In this document: one piece after another, positions 44,501 through 55,300 of the stretch
How the letters are laid out: each line of letters starts with the position of its first letter
Numbering within the stretch: the stretch's first letter is position 1
Source of the DNA: Pachysolen tannophilus NRRL Y-2460
Taxonomy: Eukaryota
Direction of reading: 5' to 3'
DNA: 64,000 nt
Assembly: GCA_001661245.1 (NCBI GenBank)
Contig: KV454011.1
Coordinates: forward strand, 1,142,724-1,206,723
Made by a program: the position numbers and the translations under genes
Notes under the pieces: model-generated
The model's database searches: none
What the model saw: only the letters and a program-made list of their open reading frames with translations
What the model was told of the DNA's origin: nothing

Positions 44501-44723
44501 AGGTGCTATTGATATTGATGGAGAAATAAAGAAAACTGAATCCAAATTGGCTAAAGTCTTGAAACAAAAAGAAAATATTGAAAAGACAATAAATTCAAAA
44601 GATTATTCTGAAAAGGCAAATACCCAAGTTCAAGAACTGAATAAAGAGAAATATGAAAAGGCATTAGCTGAAATTGATGGATTGAACGCAACAATCAGTA
44701 ATTTAGAAAAATTGAAGTTATGA
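41550..44723 (+). CDS. VAS1: Valyl-tRNA synthetase (cytosolic form start)
   Basis: PPPNVTGALHIGH, GFDHAGIATQ, DWCISRQLWWGH, KMSKS and a C-terminal coiled coil. Confidence 0.98.
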   Translation: MSEGQGTVPEQQVLQAGEGKGPKSAKELEKERKKAEKLAKFEAKKQKLEALKKNQEANSLKKKEKVKKGSVEEPAGEFLDQTVPGERKILLSLEDPSLKAYNPKNVESSWYEWWVKEKFFEPKFTEDGKIKPEGLFTIPAPPPNVTGALHIGHALTVSLQDALIRYNRMKGKTTLFLPGFDHAGIATQSVVEKNIWAREKKTRHDYGREAFVKKVWDWKDVYHAKIKSQFQKMGASYDWSREAFTLSPQLSKAVVEAFVRMHEDGTIYRASRLVNWSVKLNTAISNLEVDNKTIPGRTLLSVPGYDNPIEFGVLTSFAYPVVGSDEKLVVATTRPETIFGDTAVAVHPDDPRYKHLHGKFVQHPFIDKQIPIITDSEAVDMEFGTGAVKITPGHDTNDYNTGKRNNLEFINILTDDGKLNDECGPEWSGMKRFDARALVIEKLKEKGLFVEQKDNEMTIPTCSRSGDVIEPYLKPQWWVSQKSMASEAIKAVKDGRITITPKVSEAEYFQWLENIQDWCISRQLWWGHRCPVYFVRIEGQDNDPNDGEYWVSGRSLEEAGIKAQKKFPGLKYTLEQDEDVLDTWFSSGLWPFSTLGWPDKTPDMEMFSPMSLLETGWDILFFWVTRMILLGLKLTGDVPFKEVFCHSLVRDAQGRKMSKSLGNVVDPIDVITGISLDELHKKLYVGNLDPREIAKATEGQKESYPNGIPECGTDALRFALCAYSTGARDINLNILRVEGYRKFCNKIYQATKFALMRLGDDYKPPASTRITGNESLVEKWILHKLTNTAKKLNNDLDNREFGEAANSIYQFWYDVCDVYIENSKYLIVEGTPEQQKSAKDTLYTCIDEALKMIHPFMPFITEEMWQRLPRRENDTTKSIVISKYPEFLAEFDDLESLNAYDLILEVTKGSRSLLSHYGILKNGKVFVESSNEDIFKIVSEQRKSIVSLIKAVDEISVVKNIKEIPAGCALATINIDCNVHVLVKGAIDIDGEIKKTESKLAKVLKQKENIEKTINSKDYSEKANTQVQELNKEKYEKALAEIDGLNATISNLEKLKL

Positions 44724-44882
44724 AGAAGAATCTTTTTTTCCTTTTTATAATTTAAATATATATAAATCTTTTTTTTTATTTTTTATTTTTTATTATTTTT
44801 ATTAGTTTTGATCTTTTATTATGAGTAAATTACAATGTTATTATTATTATTATGAATTATTATTTATACATTGAGATATAGT

Positions 44883-45638
44883 TTAAGCTTTCCAAATATA
44901 ATCATTTTTGAATTTTTCAGTTATACAATTTTTGATAACTTTTGTGTTTAAGTTTTCAATTTCCTTTTTACATTTATCCAATACATTTTTGAAAAAAATT
45001 TGTTCATCAAATTCACCAATTGATTCAGAATAAATCAAATTATTGCATTTCCCATTTCTTAAATCATAAACTATTAAATGCAGAGATTTTGAATTGATCA
45101 AATCATTTTTATTAAAATCTGTTGTTAGTTGATTATTTGAATTTATAATACAACAAGATGATAAAAATGAAGATTTCATTGAAATCCCACTATCTATCAA
45201 GGCCAAATACGTAGATATAAGACACCCATTTAAATCATTTAAAGAGAAAAAATCATTCATATCATCACTTCCAATAGTAGTATCATCTTCATAATTTGGT
45301 TTATTTAGTATTTGTAATACAATTTGTATCAATTGTCTTGGATATTCAAACGAATCTATAACTCTATCCAAAACTAATTTTAACTTATATTCCAATAACT
45401 TTTCCCTAGTCGACGCAACACCAATATGAGGCATCACTGAAATTTCTAAATTTGATTGTTGAGGCGATTCTTGTCTTGCCTTAGATTCAATAGGTCCCGT
45501 AATAGAACATATTATACCCAATTCTCCTTCATCAAGATCCTTCCTACTGGAAATCGATAATTGTGCAGAACCATCGACCCTATTCAAAACAGATAACTTG
45601 GCTTCATATATAAGCTCATCAGACCCTCCACTCGACAT
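44883..45638 (-). CDS. RRP46: Exosome RNase PH-like subunit Rrp46
   Basis: LSVLNRVDGSA, ICSITGPIE, YPRQLIQIVLQ, YLALIDSGISM. The real ATG is probably at 45638; the extra 60 aa in the track run through promoter motifs. Confidence 0.88.
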   Translation of the reverse strand: MSSGGSDELIYEAKLSVLNRVDGSAQLSISSRKDLDEGELGIICSITGPIESKARQESPQQSNLEISVMPHIGVASTREKLLEYKLKLVLDRVIDSFEYPRQLIQIVLQILNKPNYEDDTTIGSDDMNDFFSLNDLNGCLISTYLALIDSGISMKSSFLSSCCIINSNNQLTTDFNKNDLINSKSLHLIVYDLRNGKCNNLIYSESIGEFDEQIFFKNVLDKCKKEIENLNTKVIKNCITEKFKNDYIWKA

Positions 45639-45711
45639 GATTAGACTGAAAAAAAATACTCTCTTGATAATTATATCTATTTCCCAATTTCCCAATACCC
45701 AATACAAAATA

Positions 45712-45857
45712 GAAAAATTTTCAGTATGTGAAATAGAAATAGCCCAAAAAAAAAATCCAGGTCGTGATATCCAAAACAAAAGCACAAATTGGGAAATTGT
45801 GCTTTTAGAACACGACACATTTGTTTATGGGAGATTTTTAAAGGCTCAAAAGATGAG
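45712..45857. promoter_or_regulatory. RRPE and PAC elements upstream of RRP46
   Basis: GAAAAATTTTC at 45712-45722 and GATGAG at 45852-45857, consistent with an rRNA-processing gene. Confidence 0.6.
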
Positions 45858-45998
45858 TAAGTTAAGTAAATAAGTTCACCATTACAATTACAATTTTTTA
45901 ATCAAGTTTTCAATATGAATTTATTGTTTAGATTATAGCTATGAGGTATTAGAAAGTGTTTTTAATTATAGGTAACTTTTTCTGAGATTAAATGATTT

Positions 45999-46030
<32 letters not shown>

Positions 46031-46223
46031 GAGTAAAAATTAATTTATTAATTTCCGGCGGAGATAACCGTTTCTTTTTGGCCTGCTTTTTTTTTGGTTC
46101 TTATCAGTGAATAGGAAGAAACTAAAAACGGTTGTATTCATATATATATAAAGAGTAAGCGATAAGTAAAAGTAATTTATATATATATATTTGGATAAAT
46201 TGATTGTGAAGTGATTTGAGGAT

Positions 46224-47267
46224 ATGAGTGAGGAAGAAAACCCATTAGAAGTTGTTGATATTTCAACTATAGATATTGAGACTGCTGATAAATTAATTCA
46301 TGCTGCTTCTACTCAAGGTTTTTTAATGATTGAAGGACATAATTTTAAACAACTGGAGATTGATAATTTATTTGAAATATCTCTGAATTTTTTTAAACAA
46401 TCATCTGAAGAAAAATTAAAATATAGTATTGGTACTGATAATTGTGGATATACAAATTTTGGATCTGAAAATTTAGATCAAGATAATCCAAATAAACCAA
46501 AAGGTGATCCAAAAGAAGGTTTTAATTTTGCACAATTAGATTTAACAACTGGTATACCAAATCAAGAATTACCCGATTATTTTAAAGATCCCATAATTTT
46601 TAATCAAATTACTAAAACTATTTTAAAACTTCAAGAAAATATTTATAAAATATTAAAATTATTAGCAATTGGTTTAAAAATTGATTTAAAAGAAGGTGGT
46701 GAAAATTTTTTTATTGATAGGCATAAAGCTTATCAAAAATCCGGTTCAGCATTTAGAATGCTTCATTACCCATCATCCAAAAGTTTAAACCCAGAAGAAT
46801 CTATAAGAGCTGGTGCACATACTGATTATGGAGGATTAACTCTTTTATTCCAAGAAGGTAAAGATCAATCTAAAGGTTTAGAAATTTTTTCACCTATACT
46901 TAAAAAATGGCAAGCAGTACCTTATGTTGCACCTTCTCCAAAATATCAACAACAAGGTTATGGTGGACCTTTAGTTGTTAACATTGCAGATCTGTTAAGT
47001 TATTGGACAAATGGATATTTAAAATCAACCATACATAGGGTCAAATTCCCAAAAGATTTTCAAGAAAGCGGTAAAAGTAGATATAGTATAGTATATTTTA
47101 GTCATCCTGAAAATAGTACTCCATTAACACCTGTTCCTAGTGAATTGATCAGATCTATAAAAGGTAGAGGTGCTTCATATGAGTATGCAAAGAATGGTAC
47201 TGCAATAACGGCCCTTGAACATCTAACAAAGAGACTAGATGCTACTTATTACCAATTCAGAAAGTGA
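46224..47267 (+). CDS. 2-oxoglutarate/Fe(II)-dependent dioxygenase (IPNS/DIOX-like), substrate unknown
   Basis: Facial triad HTD...H (RAGAHTDYG, STIHRV) and the RYS 2OG-binding motif; DIOX_N-like GDPKEGFN. Confidence 0.9.
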   Translation: MSEEENPLEVVDISTIDIETADKLIHAASTQGFLMIEGHNFKQLEIDNLFEISLNFFKQSSEEKLKYSIGTDNCGYTNFGSENLDQDNPNKPKGDPKEGFNFAQLDLTTGIPNQELPDYFKDPIIFNQITKTILKLQENIYKILKLLAIGLKIDLKEGGENFFIDRHKAYQKSGSAFRMLHYPSSKSLNPEESIRAGAHTDYGGLTLLFQEGKDQSKGLEIFSPILKKWQAVPYVAPSPKYQQQGYGGPLVVNIADLLSYWTNGYLKSTIHRVKFPKDFQESGKSRYSIVYFSHPENSTPLTPVPSELIRSIKGRGASYEYAKNGTAITALEHLTKRLDATYYQFRK

Positions 47268-47995
47268 TTGATTATATTGATTTTAAACCACCACAATTAA
47301 CCTAACTTTACTTCACATACAATCGTGCTCCTAACACGCCAATTAACTAACTATATACAAACACTATTTATTTACCCGTGAAATGTACAATTTTTTTTTT
47401 TTTTTTTTTTTGGAAGTGGCATAATTCCGGTACACTTCCGACGCCTTTCCGGTTCACACAGTTTATCCTGTTATATCTGTCATTTTCGCGAATTCTCGCG
47501 AATTTTTCTTTTTTTTTTCTCTTTCTTTCTTTCTTTCTTTGCTTTTTCCCTCTTCTGTTCCTGGACGTGTCAATAAATAAAAGTTTTTAATTTTTTTTTT
47601 TTTTAATTTTTTTTCTTTGTTCGTTCAAAAATAAAATTTGTCTTTTAACGGCGCTTTAATTTACAACACCTTCTTTTTTTTTTTTTGCCTTTGTAAGAAG
47701 AACAAAACAAATAATATTAAAACAAAGGAGATAATCTCTAATCTGGTTTTAAGATAATAAATAGATTGATTACTTTGTTTACTACTTTTATTTACACAGT
47801 TTACAATTAAATAAATAAATAAATATATATTTATATTTATATAAACTTGATCTTAATTGTTTGGATGAATTAAAAGATCATTGCAATTAACAAGAAAATA
47901 AACAATTAATTAATTACTTTTGGTGTTTGTTATATTATTTTATTTTATTTTATTTTTTTCTTTTAATAGAGTTTTGATGAAATAAGTAAGGACTT

Positions 47996-48020
47996 GATTT
48001 GATTTGATTTGATTTGATTT
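47996..48020. repeat. (GATTT)5 microsatellite in the STH1 5' region
   Basis: Five direct copies of GATTT. Confidence 0.85.
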
Positions 48021-48095
48021 TAAATTAATTTTTTTTTTTCTTTTTCTTTTTTTTTGGTTTTTTGGGTTTTTTATTTTTGTCTCAATATTTAAACA

Positions 48096-51000
48096 ATGTC
48101 ATCATTATCACCAAAAGTGACATTACCATATTCAGTATCGGTACAATCTTCAAAACAACAAACACCACAGGGTAATAGCGGTATACTTCCGAAACTGTTT
48201 CATACCCATAAGTTTGATAGCAATACTAATATAAACAATGTTGATATTCCTTTCCCACAAGATCAACAAGGTATTCAATTGTTGTTAGCTAAATATTTAT
48301 CGTATAATAATGAAGATATTACACCTGAAAAATTGGCTATTGAAAGAATTTTATATGATATAAGTTCTAAACAACAAGTTATTAATGTATTACAAGAGGA
48401 GTTGAATGATAAGATAATTGAAAATAAGATTGATAATGATGTTGATTTGGAGTTATTGAAAAAACAGATTTTTGGTTTACAATTATTATCATTTGATTAT
48501 AATTTACCTGAATCTTTACAAGAAGATTTTATTGATGATGAGGAACAAGATATGATTATTAATAAAGATGATGATGATTACCAAGAGTTTCCTATAATAA
48601 TGAATTGTGATGATTATGAATCACAAGCTACAAGATTGGGGGTTTCTCTGAAACCAAGTTTGAAAACAACTGCTGATGGGGTGGGTAATTATATTGTTGA
48701 AAATATATTAACAAAGAAAATTGCTGATAGAATTTCTAAATTAGAAAAAATCCCTGCAACTCTTGGTTCATATGATACAAGTTCTTTAAAAAATTTATCA
48801 CTTGCTTCTAAGGAATTACCTGAAGGTATTGATGAATTGAAATTAAAAGCAATTGTTGAATTAAAATCTTTAAGATTATTACCAAGGCAAAAACAATATA
48901 GAAGAAAAATTATGGAATCTGTTTTCCAAAGAGCACATCTTGATGTGGATTATTTAAAAAATAATCCTTTAACAATGTCAGCTCAAAGAACTTTACATTT
49001 AGTTCCTAAAATTTTTGCTCCACAAACTGCAAGATTAGCTGAACAATTAGAAGAACAACAGAAAAAAGAAGAAAAGAAAAGACAACATATTGCTAATTTA
49101 AATAAAATTAATACAATTGTTGAAAATGCAAATGAAACAATTAGTGCAAGAAATGAATCTTGGAATAAAAGAATGAATCTTGGTAGATCTTTACATTTTT
49201 TACATCAAAAAATTGAAAAAGATGAAAGTAGAAAATTGGAATCAACTGCAAAAGATCGTTTAAGAGCTTTAAAGGCAAATGATGAAGAAGCTTATCTTAA
49301 ATTATTGGATCAAACAAAAGATACAAGAATTACACATTTATTAAAACAAACAAATACATTTTTGGATTCATTGGCTCAAGCTGTTAAAGTTCAACAAAAT
49401 GAAGCAAAATTATTAGAAAATAAAGTTGATGAAGTGGATCAAAATGATTCAGATGATGAAGATAATAATGAAGGTAAAATTGATTATTACGAAGTTGCTC
49501 ATCAAATAAAAGAAGTAGTAACACGTCAACCTAAATTATTAGTTGGTGGTACTTTAAAAGAATATCAATTAAAAGGTTTAGAATGGATGGTTTCATTATA
49601 TAATAATCATCTTAACGGTATCTTGGCAGATGAAATGGGTCTTGGTAAAACTATTCAATCAATTTCATTAATAGCTTATCTTATAGAACTGAAAAAGGAA
49701 AAAGATAAATTCTTGGTAATTGTTCCATTATCAACAATAACAAATTGGACTTTAGAATTTGAAAAATGGGCTCCAGGAATTAATCTTATTGTTTATAAAG
49801 GTCCACCAATGGTTAGAAAGCAATTACAACATCAAATAAGAATGGGTAATTTTAAAGTATTATTAACAACATATGAATATATCATAAGAGATAGACCATT
49901 ATTGTCAAAGTTTAGATGGGCTCATATGATTATTGATGAAGGTCATAGAATGAAAAATTCACAATCTAAATTATCATATACTTTAACAAATTATTATCAT
50001 ACAAAAAATAGATTAATCTTAACAGGTACTCCTTTACAAAATAATTTACCGGAATTATGGGCATTATTAAATTTTGCATTACCTAAAATTTTTAATTCGG
50101 TGAAATCGTTTGATGAATGGTTCAATACTCCATTTGCCAACACAGGTAGCCAGGATAAAATTGAATTAACTGAAGAAGAAAGTTTATTGATCATTAGAAG
50201 ATTACATAAAGTGTTAAGACCATTTTTATTGAGAAGATTGAAAAAAGATGTTGAAAAAGATTTACCTGATAAAGTTGAAAAAGTCGTTAAATGTAAATTA
50301 TCCGGTTTACAATCTGTATTATATCAACAAATGTTAAAACATAATGCCTTATTTGTTGGTATTGGAGCTAATGGTGCCACTAAATCAGGTATTAAAGGTT
50401 TAAATAATAAAGTTATGCAATTAAGGAAAATTTGCAACCATCCTTTTGTATTTGAAGAAGTTGAAAATGTTATTAATCCAAGTAGATTATCGAATGATCT
50501 TATATATAGATCTTCTGGTAAATTTGAATTATTGGACAGAATTTTACCTAAATTTAAAGCATCAGGACATAGAGTTTTAATTTTCTTTCAAATGACTCAA
50601 GTTATGGATATAATGGAAGATTATTTAAGATACAGAAATTTGAAATACCTTAGATTGGATGGTAGTACCAAAGCTGATGATAGACAAACCATGTTAAAAG
50701 AATTTAATGATAAAGATTCTGAATATTTTGCATTCTTATTATCAACAAGAGCTGGTGGTTTAGGTCTTAATTTACAAACTGCTGATACTGTTATTATTTT
50801 TGATACCGATTGGAACCCACATCAAGATTTACAAGCTCAGGATCGTGCTCATCGTATTGGACAGAAAAATGAAGTTAGAATTTTAAGATTGATTACAAAT
50901 GATTCTGTTGAAGAAGTTATCTTGGAAAGAGCTCATCAAAAATTAGATATTGATGGTAAAGTTATTCAAGCAGGTAAATTTGATAACAAATCTACTGCAC

Positions 51001-52025
51001 AGGAACAAGAAGAATTTTTAAGAAAATTAATTGAAGCTGAACAGCAAAAGAGAAATGATCCAGAAGAAGATGATGAATTAGAAGATGAAGCTTTAAATGA
51101 GATCTTGGCTCGTAACGAAGACGAAAAAATATTGTTTGAAAAGATGGATACTGAAAGAATGGCAACCGCTAATATGGAATCAAGAAAGAGAGGTTTATCC
51201 AAAGCAGCTCCAAGATTAATGACTGAAGATGAATTACCAAAAATTTTCACCAAAGATATTTCTGCACATTTAGTTCAACCAACAAAGGAATTGGGACGTA
51301 CTAGGGAAAGGAAAAAAGTCTACTACGATGATGGTTTAACAGAAGAACAATGGCTTGAAGCCATGGACAATGATGATGATTCTGTTGAAGCTGCAATGCA
51401 ACGTAAAATGGAAAGAATGGCTAAGAGAAGAGCAAGAAGGGAAAAGAAAGAAGATGGTGTCTCTAATGGACACAAAGATACTGAAAATGATTCAAACATC
51501 GTTGGTGATGATTCTGAAGCTGATTCGGAAGGTACTCCTGGAAGAGGAAGAAGGCTGAGAAGAAGGTCGAGATCTGCTTCTGTTAAAGCAGAGGAACTAC
51601 CAACACCAAAGAGATCAAGAAGAAGTCTTTCAAAATCGGTAAAAGTTGAAGAAGATGAGGAAGAGGAGGAAGAGGATGAGAGTGTTGACGAATCATTTAT
51701 TGAGAATGGTTTAAAATTATTGAATGAAGCTAAAAACTTGAAAGATGAATCCGATGGCCATAAGATAGCAGAGTTCTTCATAGACTTGCCCTCCAAAAAA
51801 TTGTACCCTGATTATTATCAATTTATCTCACATCCTGTTTGTATCTCAGGAATGATCAAAAACTTGAATAAAAAGCACTATAAAAATGTGAATACTTTTA
51901 AAGACGATCTAAAGCAACTTGTCACCAATGCAAAAACTTATAATGAAGAAGGATCTTTTGTTTACAACGAAGCAGAAGAAATCGAAAAATTTTTTAATCA
52001 TAGGATGCAAGAGTTGGGTTTATAA
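48096..52025 (+). CDS. STH1: SWI2/SNF2-family remodeler ATPase, most like RSC Sth1
   Basis: HSA/post-HSA (LKANDEEAYLKLLDQTKDTRITHLL), LADEMGLGKT, DEGH, QAQDRAHRIGQ, SnAC (YDDGLTEEQWL) and a bromodomain. The length and the lack of a long Gln-rich N-terminus favour Sth1 over Snf2. Confidence 0.85.
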   Translation: MSSLSPKVTLPYSVSVQSSKQQTPQGNSGILPKLFHTHKFDSNTNINNVDIPFPQDQQGIQLLLAKYLSYNNEDITPEKLAIERILYDISSKQQVINVLQEELNDKIIENKIDNDVDLELLKKQIFGLQLLSFDYNLPESLQEDFIDDEEQDMIINKDDDDYQEFPIIMNCDDYESQATRLGVSLKPSLKTTADGVGNYIVENILTKKIADRISKLEKIPATLGSYDTSSLKNLSLASKELPEGIDELKLKAIVELKSLRLLPRQKQYRRKIMESVFQRAHLDVDYLKNNPLTMSAQRTLHLVPKIFAPQTARLAEQLEEQQKKEEKKRQHIANLNKINTIVENANETISARNESWNKRMNLGRSLHFLHQKIEKDESRKLESTAKDRLRALKANDEEAYLKLLDQTKDTRITHLLKQTNTFLDSLAQAVKVQQNEAKLLENKVDEVDQNDSDDEDNNEGKIDYYEVAHQIKEVVTRQPKLLVGGTLKEYQLKGLEWMVSLYNNHLNGILADEMGLGKTIQSISLIAYLIELKKEKDKFLVIVPLSTITNWTLEFEKWAPGINLIVYKGPPMVRKQLQHQIRMGNFKVLLTTYEYIIRDRPLLSKFRWAHMIIDEGHRMKNSQSKLSYTLTNYYHTKNRLILTGTPLQNNLPELWALLNFALPKIFNSVKSFDEWFNTPFANTGSQDKIELTEEESLLIIRRLHKVLRPFLLRRLKKDVEKDLPDKVEKVVKCKLSGLQSVLYQQMLKHNALFVGIGANGATKSGIKGLNNKVMQLRKICNHPFVFEEVENVINPSRLSNDLIYRSSGKFELLDRILPKFKASGHRVLIFFQMTQVMDIMEDYLRYRNLKYLRLDGSTKADDRQTMLKEFNDKDSEYFAFLLSTRAGGLGLNLQTADTVIIFDTDWNPHQDLQAQDRAHRIGQKNEVRILRLITNDSVEEVILERAHQKLDIDGKVIQAGKFDNKSTAQEQEEFLRKLIEAEQQKRNDPEEDDELEDEALNEILARNEDEKILFEKMDTERMATANMESRKRGLSKAAPRLMTEDELPKIFTKDISAHLVQPTKELGRTRERKKVYYDDGLTEEQWLEAMDNDDDSVEAAMQRKMERMAKRRARREKKEDGVSNGHKDTENDSNIVGDDSEADSEGTPGRGRRLRRRSRSASVKAEELPTPKRSRRSLSKSVKVEEDEEEEEEDESVDESFIENGLKLLNEAKNLKDESDGHKIAEFFIDLPSKKLYPDYYQFISHPVCISGMIKNLNKKHYKNVNTFKDDLKQLVTNAKTYNEEGSFVYNEAEEIEKFFNHRMQELGL

Positions 52026-52376
52026 ATGAAGAAAAAAAAAAATTTACTATTATGTTTAGTTTTTATTTTATATATATATATAAATATATATAAATATGTA
52101 TATGTATATAACTCCTTATCGGTTATTTAGTACTATTTGTTTTAAATTAAATTGTTTCATTAGCAATCAGTCCAATTGTATAATCTTCTTCTTAACTTCA
52201 TCTCTTAAATGAAGATTAATTCTCAACATTTTACCTGTTTTTGAAGAAAAAAACAAAATTTTCATTGTTTTTTTTTTTTTTGTAAATTCGTTTTTACAAT
52301 CAATTGATTAGATAAATTGTAATAAGTTTTCTATTCATTCATTGGATAGGGAATCATAAAAGAGGTCGAAGATAAG

Positions 52377-55300
52377 ATGGATCTCTATCATCAATTCATT
52401 GATCCAACCAAGGTTTCGAATTCATTAACTTGTAACTTTATAGATCCACAAATTGAAAACCTTATATTATCCAAAGGTACTTTATTACAAATTTTCCAAG
52501 TGATATCAGTAAATGAAACAAATGATAATGGAAACAAGAGTTTGGTTCTGACGAAGGCCAAGAGATTGAAACTTATAGTGGAATATAGACTTGATGGTTT
52601 AATTTTAGATTTGCATAAGATTAAAACTGTTGACAGTCCAACATTGGACAATATAATTGTATGTTTCAAGACAGCTAAAGTTTCATTGTTGAGATGGGAT
52701 CATTTGAATTTTAAAATAGATACAGTGAGTCTTCATTTTTACGAGCCTTATTTTCAAAAATTAATGCTTGATAGCTTGGATGACTCTACTATTTTTAAAG
52801 TGGATCCAAATGGGTATTGTGCTTGTTTGGTATATAAGGATTTGTTTTGTTTTTTACCATTTAAGCAAGGTGATGAAGAAGACGATCAAGAAGAAAATGA
52901 AGAAGATCTTTACCTGGAAGAAAGTAATCGTAAGAAGAGGAAAACTAATAATGGCAAAAGTGATGGTAAAAGTGAAGGCGAAATTGAAGATCGTAATGAA
53001 GAGATTAATAACAATAAAACTAATAATAGTCATAATGAATTGAAACAATTGTTTGATCCAAGTTTTATCTTGACTGCTTCAAAACTAGATCCTTCAATCA
53101 AAAACATAATTAATATAGAGTTTTTAAACTCATATCATGAACCGATATTAGCTATATTATTTCAAGAAGAATTGACATGGACTGGTACTTTGCCTATAAA
53201 GAAGGACACTACTAGGTTATTGGTATTGTCTTTAGATTTAAAAAATGCTTCTTCAACTGTAATTATAGATGTTAAAAATTTACCTTATGATTTAGACAAG
53301 ATTCTCCCATTACCAGATCACTTCAATGGTGGTTGTTTGCTTGTTGGTTCTAATGAAATTATACATGTTAATCCGATGGGGAGTACCAGTGGTATCGGTA
53401 TAAATTCTTTTTATAAAGATTGTTCAAAATTTAAAAATTTAAAAGACCAGTCTTCTTTAAATTTGAAATTAGAAAATTGTTTTGTGAGTTATCTTGGTGA
53501 TATGGATAAATTTTTAATCATCAATAATTCTGATGACGATGATTCTCAAAGCCCATTCTATGTCTTGAAATTTAATTTGAACGCTGGTTCTATGTCAAAT
53601 TTCTTGCAGATTGAACAATTGCCTAGTCATGCAAATACTCAAGACCTAGTGTTGACTCGACCAATTTGTATTAATAAATTTAACGAAGATGATCACTTGT
53701 TTTTCGTTGGATGTGATGGAGGTGATAGTATGTTGATCAGTTGGGATTATAAAAATACAGAAGATAGTGCTAATGGTCAAATACAGGAACTTGAAAATGA
53801 AGGTAACGGTAATGGTGAATCAGAAGATGTTACAAATAATCTTGAAGATGAAGATGAAGATGCTTATTTGTACTCTGATGACGAATCAAAGCCATCGAAT
53901 AAATTGAAAACTCAAAGTATCGATGACAAACAAAAAAATTCAAATGGTAAAAAATCTTTGAAAAAGTCAATTCAAAATTTAGTATTTACAAAGCAAGATC
54001 ATTTGATAAATTGTGGACCGATTACAAGTTTTACAATGGCAAAAATCTCGACCGAAAAGAAATTTTTTGGTTTGATTAATCCAAATTTAAACGAAGAATG
54101 CATTATTGCTTCTTCTTGTTATGATAAATCTTCCAAAATTTCAATTTTGCAACCATCTTTGAAGCCAATTGTAAAATCATCATTAAAGTTCTCAAATGTC
54201 AATCGAATCTGGACAATTCGTAAAGACAGCAAGAGTAATAAATCGGACTATTTAGTTACCACTAATTTCGACAACTATAAAACCGAAATTTTTTCAATTA
54301 ATGATAACTATAAAAATGTTTATACTGTGGATTTCAATGTCAACGAAATTACAATTCTTATGAAAAATATTACAAAAAATAATAAAATTTTACAAATAAC
54401 TACAACTTCAATAAAAGTATATGATAACAAATTTCACATATTGGTTTCATTGAAATTTGATAACGAAATTATTTACGGTTATAATTTGGATAATTTTGTT
54501 ATGATAACTCTCCAAAATGGTGATGTGGAAATATTTGAGTTTATAGAACATGATTTGCTGAAATTGAGCAAAGATATTAAAATTTTAGAAGAAGATTTTA
54601 ATAAAGATAAAAGAAAGAAGCAAAAAAAAGCACAAATTGAAACTAAGAAGCAAGAGTTAAAATCAACTGCTAGATACGAATTGTTAAAATTAGAATTGCC
54701 GTCAATTTTGAGTGATATAATTATTACTACAGGATGTATAATTAATTCCACATTGTTGAATAATGTTAAAATTGCTGGTGTTAAAAAAGATTTAAATGGC
54801 ATAGAGAAAAATAATACTACATTAGATGAGAAAGTTCCTTTGTTTTTCTTGGTAACTGTTGACAATAGAATTATAATATTTCAAAAAAATCATGACGAAA
54901 AGATCTTTCAATTAAGTGAGATCGAGAAGCTAAATGAATTGATAAATATAGAGCAGATGTTTTCAAATCCTGATTTGATCCCGGATCCGAAAATAAAACA
55001 AATTTTGGTATGTGATTTAGGTGATCAATATGATGCTGAAGAATATTTAACTATATTAACCGTTGGTGGTGAAATCATCATCTATAAGATTTTTAATGCT
55101 TTCTCAGAGAAAAAATTGATTAAAATTAATGATTTATCGAATTTACTATTGACAGGTGCTCCTGACAATGCATATCCAAATGGTACTAAGATTGAAAGAA
55201 AGTTAATTTATCTTGAAAATTTAAATGGGTTCAAGTCAATAATGATTACTGGTTTAAGGACTTTTATTATCATTAAGACATCAAAATCTTTACCCAAAAT

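Noticed and set aside
45639..45818. 60-aa N-terminal extension of RRP46 in the ORF track
   Set aside because: GTG start, and it runs through RRPE and CACGAC promoter elements; Rrp46 similarity starts after ATG 45638.
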